DNA of 64,000 nucleotides from a virus (Duplodnaviria; Heunggongvirae; Uroviricota; Caudoviricetes): IMG/VR virus record IMGVR_UViG_2579778842_000017, positions 5,703 to 69,702 of that record; one strand, 5' to 3'. Shown piece by piece: positions 58,650 to 64,000 of this stretch (position 1 is its first letter; each line of letters starts with the position of its first letter). The notes under the pieces were generated by a model. It saw only the letters and a program-made list of their open reading frames with translations, ran no database searches and was not told where the DNA came from. The position numbers and the translations under genes were made by a program.

Positions 58650-60677
58650 ATGACGGTCTCAACCGAAGTTGACCACAACGAATACACCGGTAACGGTGTT
58701 ACAACGACATTCCCTTATACCTTCAGGATTTTCCAGAAATCTGATTTAGTAGTGCAGGTTGTTGACCTGAACGAGAACATCACAGAGCTGATTCTTGATA
58801 CTGATTACATAGTCACTGGTGCGGGAGGGTATAACGGCGGCAATGTAATTCTGTCGAAGGCGTTGGTTAACGGTTATCAGATTTCTATATCAAGAGAGCT
58901 ACCGGTTACGCAGGATACCGATCTGCGCAACCAGGGTAAGTTCTTCGCTGAGGTGCATGAAGACGCATTCGATAAACTGACGATGCTGATACAGCAGGTT
59001 AGAAGTTGGTTTAGCCTAGCGCTTCGCAAGCCATCATTCGTGGCAAACTATTATGATGCTTTGAACAACTATATTAGAAATCTTCGCGATCCCATACGCC
59101 AACAGGACGCGGCTACAAAGAATTATGTCGACTCGCTGGCAAGCAATAATTACAGCCGCACCCTACGAGTGCCTGAGCAAATCCCTCAACTTCCTGACGC
59201 AGCGACTAGGGCAAATAAAATAGTTGCGTTTGACAGTGCAGGTAACCCTTATCCTGTACTGCCACCATCCGGTTCAGCATCTGACGTATTATTACAGATC
59301 GCGCAGCCTGGGTTCGATAAGCATGTTGGTAGTTCGTGGGGCGGGAACAGCATTTGGGAAGATTACCCTTATAAAGGTAGCGTTAAGCCGTCGAAGGTTA
59401 TTTACCCATCTATGAATACTACTCAGATACAGTCAATCCTTTCATCAGCTGGTCAGATATACGTTTCATCAGGAACTTATACAACCAGCACAGCATGGGC
59501 GATATATCCAAACACGGAAATTTGGTGGGATCCTGGAGCAACATTATATCCTGCAAACAATAACATGACAGTAATGACCTGCGATCCGACAATTTCAGGA
59601 GGGAATGGAGTAAGGAATGTTAAGTTACACAACGTGAGAATTGACATTAGCGGGAAGACAGGGTGTAGAGGATTTGTAGGGATAAAGTTCAGAAACCATG
59701 GACATCTTGACATGATGTGGGTCAATATGGGAACTGCCGCCAACAACGTTGGAATTGAAATTGGCACTCTATGTTACGGGCTAAAAGTAGATGGCTGTGA
59801 AGTTATCGGTGGTGGCACTGGATCAATTAGACTTCTTTTAAGAAACGGCGCAAATGCTATAACAGTTACTGGTTTTAATGGTTATTCAGGCACTCCAGAA
59901 ATTGATATGCCGCAATACGGAATAATTGTTAGGCATGGTCTTAATGGTGAGACGACGTGGGACTATGTGAATACATTCCCGACTGAAGCCGTAGTATTTG
60001 TAGGTGGATTTAGTCAAAATTGCAGTAAATATGGGTTCCTTGACCAAGCGCAAGGTACAAAAGTCTACGGTATGTACTTTGAAAACAATAGCTCGTCAGA
60101 CGTAAGAATGTCGAGTTCTGTAGGTGCTTTATTTCACCGTTGTACTCACTCATCAACAACTGCTGGTCTGCCAGCAAACGCCTATAGTGCAAGCAATCTC
60201 ACCCTAAATGCTTTGATTGATGAGCCTGTCTATGGATCAAGAGCAGGTGGATTCTTTAAAATTGATGGAGGTTCTGATGCCACAGTGACCAACATTGTAG
60301 TTAATATCAACACATGGAAATCAGACCAGGGAATTACATCAGCAGATCTTGGTGTTCTTTCGTCGGCAAAAGTTAACAGAAATGGTGTTCTTCAGTTATC
60401 AGATAATACTGTTGATATTAATATGGGATTCTCTTGGTATAGACGTAATGTTATATCAGGAGAAAACATATCATTTACAGGGACGCCATATGATGGTCAG
60501 AAGATTGGATTTATTCTCAGGGGTTCAAATATATCATCGCTATCTATTGCAGGGGTTCCAGTAAATGTCACAGGAGCAAATACATCTCAGATCAAAATGA
60601 CCACAGCCACATTGGTATATTCAAGGGTGGTATCAGCGTGGGTGATGAATACAGGAGAGTGGAATGCGACAGCATAA
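58650..60677 (+). CDS. tail fibre/tailspike with T7 gp17-like N-terminal domain
   Basis: 675 aa; N-terminal EYTGNGVTTTFPYTF resembles the T7 tail-fibre adaptor domain; DAATKNYVD motif; C-terminal repeats suggest beta-helix. Confidence 0.7.
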   Translation: MTVSTEVDHNEYTGNGVTTTFPYTFRIFQKSDLVVQVVDLNENITELILDTDYIVTGAGGYNGGNVILSKALVNGYQISISRELPVTQDTDLRNQGKFFAEVHEDAFDKLTMLIQQVRSWFSLALRKPSFVANYYDALNNYIRNLRDPIRQQDAATKNYVDSLASNNYSRTLRVPEQIPQLPDAATRANKIVAFDSAGNPYPVLPPSGSASDVLLQIAQPGFDKHVGSSWGGNSIWEDYPYKGSVKPSKVIYPSMNTTQIQSILSSAGQIYVSSGTYTTSTAWAIYPNTEIWWDPGATLYPANNNMTVMTCDPTISGGNGVRNVKLHNVRIDISGKTGCRGFVGIKFRNHGHLDMMWVNMGTAANNVGIEIGTLCYGLKVDGCEVIGGGTGSIRLLLRNGANAITVTGFNGYSGTPEIDMPQYGIIVRHGLNGETTWDYVNTFPTEAVVFVGGFSQNCSKYGFLDQAQGTKVYGMYFENNSSSDVRMSSSVGALFHRCTHSSTTAGLPANAYSASNLTLNALIDEPVYGSRAGGFFKIDGGSDATVTNIVVNINTWKSDQGITSADLGVLSSAKVNRNGVLQLSDNTVDINMGFSWYRRNVISGENISFTGTPYDGQKIGFILRGSNISSLSIAGVPVNVTGANTSQIKMTTATLVYSRVVSAWVMNTGEWNATA

Positions 60678-60865
60678 AGTATAGCTTTATTATGGCTAAT
60701 TTTCATGTCACTAATAATCAATGACATACGCTTCCTGTGCATTCAAAAATATTGTGAACTATCAATTAATTACTTAGTTATGATTGTAGTTCACCTTAAC
60801 AGAACTACATATATGGTAATATCGTTAAGATCTGCCTAATGTTTTTAAACCACATATGGTTTATT

Positions 60866-60873
60866 GTGTATAA
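60866..60873 (+). promoter_or_regulatory. extended -10 promoter element upstream of lysis cassette B
   Basis: TGTATAAT about 50 nt upstream of the holin start. Confidence 0.35.
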
Positions 60874-60922
60874 TGTGATCACCAACTAAGGGGTTCGTTA
60901 TGCACATTAAACGGTGGTTTTT

Positions 60923-61327
60923 ATGTCAGTTCAGCTAACCAGTGAGTCTTTAAATCAGTGGCTTAGTGCGGGTTCTCTTGCTGCGGTGATAGCAGGGGTT
61001 CCTCCAGAGGTGGCTTTGGGAGCTTTGGCTGGGGCGGTAATTTTTGTTACCTCAGCCATCGAGTATCCCATTCATCGCCGGGTTCTCCTGTCTATGCTCA
61101 GTTTCCTCTGCGGCCTTCTCTTTTACAAACCTACAGCATCCATCCTTATCGGTGTAGCCAGCCTGATCCCTACCATCACGCAGGACTCTTTCGAGAAAGG
61201 GATCGTCTTCTCTGCTGGTGCATTTGTGTCGTCAATTGTCGCCGTGCGAATTGGTATATGGCTTTATCACCGCTCCGATAATCCACGAGAGTTAATTCCG
61301 GGGAGAAAAGACGATGGTAACGCATGA
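60923..61327 (+). CDS. holin-like membrane protein (module B)
   Basis: ATG refined within track ORF 60914..61327; multiple hydrophobic segments; first gene of the lysis cassette. Confidence 0.55.
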   Translation: MSVQLTSESLNQWLSAGSLAAVIAGVPPEVALGALAGAVIFVTSAIEYPIHRRVLLSMLSFLCGLLFYKPTASILIGVASLIPTITQDSFEKGIVFSAGAFVSSIVAVRIGIWLYHRSDNPRELIPGRKDDGNA

Positions 61328-61622
61328 GCTTTTTTTGCTTATCACCAATGCAGTTATTTGTACTGGCATAGCAATTCGTGTTGTCACATTCCGGCGTAAC
61401 GGTTCTCAACACCGAAGATGGGGAGGCTGGCTTGCTTATTTTCTGATTGTTGCTGCGGCCAGTATTCCAGTTCGTGCTGTCTATGCAATATGGCTACGCA
61501 CGCCAATGGCTGTGGATTTATCTGAGGTCATTATCAACGCTGTCATGCTTGCTGCGGTTGTTAAAACGCGCGGTAACGTCGTTCAGATTTTCAAAATAAC
61601 GAGGTCTAAACATGGAGATTAA
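61314..61622 (+). CDS. second small membrane protein (holin/antiholin candidate)
   Basis: 102 aa, 2-3 TM segments, overlaps flanking genes. Confidence 0.5.
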   Translation: MVTHELFLLITNAVICTGIAIRVVTFRRNGSQHRRWGGWLAYFLIVAAASIPVRAVYAIWLRTPMAVDLSEVIINAVMLAAVVKTRGNVVQIFKITRSKHGD

Positions 61623-62241
61623 ACAATTCCAGCGAGCTGCTGGTATTAGCGAGGCGCTGGCCGCACGCTGGTTCTCGCATATAACTTCTGCGATGAAAGA
61701 GTTTGGTATCAGCAAACCCGAAGATCAGGCAATGTTTATTGCTCAGGTCGGGCATGAGTCTGGGGGCTTCAATCGGTTGCAGGAAAATTTCAACTACAGC
61801 GTCACCGGACTGGCTAACTTCGTTCGGGCTGGGCGTCTCACCCAGGGACAGGCTAACGCACTGGGCCGCCGTGCTGGTGAGCCACCATTGCCACTCGATC
61901 GCCAGCGCGCGATCGCAAATCTGGTGTACAGCAAACGCATGGGTAACAATGCTCCAGGCGATGGCTGGAATTACCGTGGGCGCGGGCTTATCCAGATTAC
62001 CGGTTTGAATAACTATCGTGACTGCGGAAACGGTCTGAAAGTTGACCTGCTGGAGAATCCTGAACTGCTGGCGCAGGACGAATACGCGGCTCGTAGCGCG
62101 GCGTGGTTCTTCGCCAGCAAAGGATGCATGAAGTATACCGGCGATATTGCACGTGTAACTCTGATTATCAATGGTGGCCGGAACGGCATCGACGACCGGC
62201 GCGCGCGGTACATCACTGCCAGTAAGGTGCTGGTGGTATGA
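61612..62241 (+). CDS. endolysin, glycoside hydrolase family 19-like
   Basis: 209 aa; QVGHESGGF and [14 protein letters not shown] motifs typical of GH19 lysozymes. Confidence 0.7.
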   Translation: MEIKQFQRAAGISEALAARWFSHITSAMKEFGISKPEDQAMFIAQVGHESGGFNRLQENFNYSVTGLANFVRAGRLTQGQANALGRRAGEPPLPLDRQRAIANLVYSKRMGNNAPGDGWNYRGRGLIQITGLNNYRDCGNGLKVDLLENPELLAQDEYAARSAAWFFASKGCMKYTGDIARVTLIINGGRNGIDDRRARYITASKVLVV

Positions 62242-62726
62242 TCTGGGCATTCGCAAAAGCATACTGGAAACAGTTGGTTATCATGGCGATGCTCGCTGTT
62301 CTGGTCATATCAGGAGTTGTAGCCTGGAATGCACACGGCAGTCGTCAGTACGACGCCGGGTATGCGCAGGCGAAGGAAGATCAGAAACAGGCTGATGATA
62401 AGTTCAGGTCACAGCGTGAGCAGGAGAAAACACAAATTGAACGTGAAGCACAATCCCGTATCGATGCGGCGCTTGCTGATGCTGAGTATGCTAATACCGT
62501 TGCTGACAGCATGCGCGCCGAGCTTGACAATACCAAGCGACTCGCCGAACACTATACCGGATCTTTCCCCTCTGGCACGCCAGCCAGCAAGGTCATTGGT
62601 GTGCTCGCCGACATGCTTGAAGAAAGCAACCGAGTTTACAACGCAACAGCAGTTGAGGCTGAAAAGTATCGGATTGCAGGGGAATTCTGCGAGCAGCAAT
62701 ACGACTCATTGAAGAAGCAAAAATAG
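62238..62726 (+). CDS. i-spanin (Rz-like, module B)
   Basis: 162 aa; N-terminal TM segment and coiled-coil periplasmic domain. Confidence 0.7.
   Translation: MIWAFAKAYWKQLVIMAMLAVLVISGVVAWNAHGSRQYDAGYAQAKEDQKQADDKFRSQREQEKTQIEREAQSRIDAALADAEYANTVADSMRAELDNTKRLAEHYTGSFPSGTPASKVIGVLADMLEESNRVYNATAVEAEKYRIAGEFCEQQYDSLKKQK
62464..62712 (+). CDS. o-spanin (Rz1-like) embedded in the i-spanin gene
   Basis: Internal Met of track ORF 62329..62712; lipobox LIPLLTAC; Pro-rich. Confidence 0.5.
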   Translation: MRRLLMLSMLIPLLTACAPSLTIPSDSPNTIPDLSPLARQPARSLVCSPTCLKKATEFTTQQQLRLKSIGLQGNSASSNTTH

Positions 62727-62860
62727 AGGTACTGATTTCCGGTGACGGTATATAAAACGGTACTGGAAAAATTGAACTTTAGAAAAATGTTATAACTCAA
62801 TTGGTTATGGTATCCGTAAATAATTGAGTGGGAATGATTTGACCCTGCACTATGAATGAA

Positions 62861-62890
62861 CAAAACCCTCTGTTACTACAGAGGGTTTTT
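62861..62890. terminator. bidirectional terminator at the right prophage boundary
   Basis: AAAACCCTCTG-TTACTA-CAGAGGGTTTTTT. Confidence 0.6.
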
Positions 62891-62929
62891 TATCTTCAAG
62901 AATTATAGGATTGAAGTTACTAACATCGA

Positions 62930-63469
62930 TTAATTAAACCAGCTGTCCGATTTGTTCTCTTCTGCTTTGCCCACGCTTTTCATCAGATCGCGACCGCCTT
63001 CAGTCATATTTCTGTTGGCGTCAGCTTCAGATTGCACCACATCGGTTTGCGCAGCTTTGTGCTTCAGTTCCTGATCGATAAATTCGTTTTCTCGCTTAAC
63101 GCGGGCTTCTTCTTTTGCCAGCGCCAGTTTTTGTTTCTGAATCTCTAAGCTGCGTAGCTCATCTTCATAACTTTGATCGCGTTTTTTGTCCGCAGAGGCT
63201 TCGGCGTCCAGTTTATCCTGACGAGCTTTCTTATTTGCCGCTGCCGTTGCCGCTCTTTTGTTAGCGGCGGCCTGGGCATTTGCGCGACGTTGCTTCTCTT
63301 GCTGGATTTCCCTGTTGCGCTCCGCGACCCATTCGTCATGCTGCCTTTGCTCTTCATTTTTACCTTGCTGTTCCGCTTCTGCGACAGCAGAGAGTTGATC
63401 CTGCAATGATGAGGCGATAGCCGGATAGCTTAAGGAGGCTAAGATGGCGCAAAGAAAAACTTTCTTCAT
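62930..63469 (-). CDS. periplasmic coiled-coil protein (likely host or moron)
   Basis: 179 aa with signal peptide and charged helical repeats. Confidence 0.5.
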   Translation of the reverse strand: MKKVFLCAILASLSYPAIASSLQDQLSAVAEAEQQGKNEEQRQHDEWVAERNREIQQEKQRRANAQAAANKRAATAAANKKARQDKLDAEASADKKRDQSYEDELRSLEIQKQKLALAKEEARVKRENEFIDQELKHKAAQTDVVQSEADANRNMTEGGRDLMKSVGKAEENKSDSWFN

Positions 63470-63484
63470 GACTCCTCCTGATTA

Positions 63485-64000
63485 TTAGCTCTTTTCAGGA
63501 CATTTGGTATTTGGCTGAATACGCGTTTCGTTATACGTCGTGGTAATAACAACGGCTAAACCTGTCGTAAACTGGCACTCTTTACCCACCTGGGTAGAGG
63601 TATACACTTTGGTGCCTTCCTTATAGGTTAAAGAAACACCTTCCACTAAGGTTTTATCATTCACCATAGAACCCGCTGCCGCGCCTACAGCTCCGCCGCC
63701 AACTGCACCTGCCGTCGTTCCGGAATTGCTGCCAGACCCGACGTTGTGGCCGATAACACCGCCAGCGACTGCGCCAATAAGCGCGCCGAAGGCTTGTGCG
63801 TTCCGTTTATTTTGGGAGTTGTCTACGGCAACTTTTGCGGGAAGAATGGAAATAATATTAACGGTTTTAGTTTCTTGTTTGGTATTCAGTTGATCGGTTT
63901 GATAAACATCGGCAGCATGATCGTCAGCATTTGACTGGCATCCTGCCAGAGTGAATGACGCTAACATTGCCACAGGCAGAAGACATTTTTTAAATTTCAT
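63485..64000 (-). CDS. lipoprotein with glycine-zipper motif (likely host)
   Basis: 171 aa; lipobox LAGC; GALIGAVAGGVIG glycine zipper; start codon at the window end. Confidence 0.55.
   Translation of the reverse strand: MKFKKCLLPVAMLASFTLAGCQSNADDHAADVYQTDQLNTKQETKTVNIISILPAKVAVDNSQNKRNAQAFGALIGAVAGGVIGHNVGSGSNSGTTAGAVGGGAVGAAAGSMVNDKTLVEGVSLTYKEGTKVYTSTQVGKECQFTTGLAVVITTTYNETRIQPNTKCPEKS

Larger units (their letters stand above)
1..62900. mobile_element. composite lambdoid prophage (P22-type immunity core flanked by two morphogenesis/lysis modules); left end outside window
   Basis: Contiguous phage gene content on both strands from 2188 to 62726; host-like lipoprotein genes only after 62930; no integrase seen. 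Confidence 0.7.

Noticed and set aside
1-64000. CRISPR arrays, rRNA genes, integrase/excisionase, insertion sequences
   Set aside because: No regularly spaced direct repeats, no rRNA-like sequence and no recombinase-like ORF were seen; their absence is itself noted in the findings.

Overview
This window is almost entirely a composite lambdoid prophage in an enterobacterial-type chromosome; several phage proteins are near-identical to lambda Q, NinB/E/F/G/H, holin S, cIII and Kil as I recall them. All calls rest on reading the sequence and the supplied ORF track, with no database searches. Minus strand, 2.2-27.1 kb: cro, cII, O-like initiator, a DnaB-type helicase interrupted by a LAGLIDADG intein, nin genes, Q, lysis genes, and a P22-order terminase-portal-scaffold-coat-tail needle-ejection protein set. 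Plus strand, 27.2-62.7 kb: P22-type c2 repressor and N, cIII, kil, Rad52-like annealing protein, SSB, exonuclease, Ea22-like genes, then with no integrase a second complete virion module (terminase, portal, capsid, T7-like tail tube, internal core proteins and tail fibre) with its own lysis cassette. Accessory loci of most interest: a ClpP-like peptidase next to a Panacea (DUF4065) toxin-antitoxin-like pair at the left end, an antisense tRNA-Arg(UCU), and an island at 55.7-58.6 kb holding a lipoprotein, a small secreted peptide, an AT-rich two-gene cassette, a Bro-N antirepressor and a LexA-boxed small paralog. A palindrome TTACC-N5-GGTAA recurs at five promoter-proximal sites and a 12-bp palindrome GTGACATGTCAC occurs twice. 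Manually placed motif coordinates may be off by 1-2 nt. No CRISPR array, rRNA or integrase was found.
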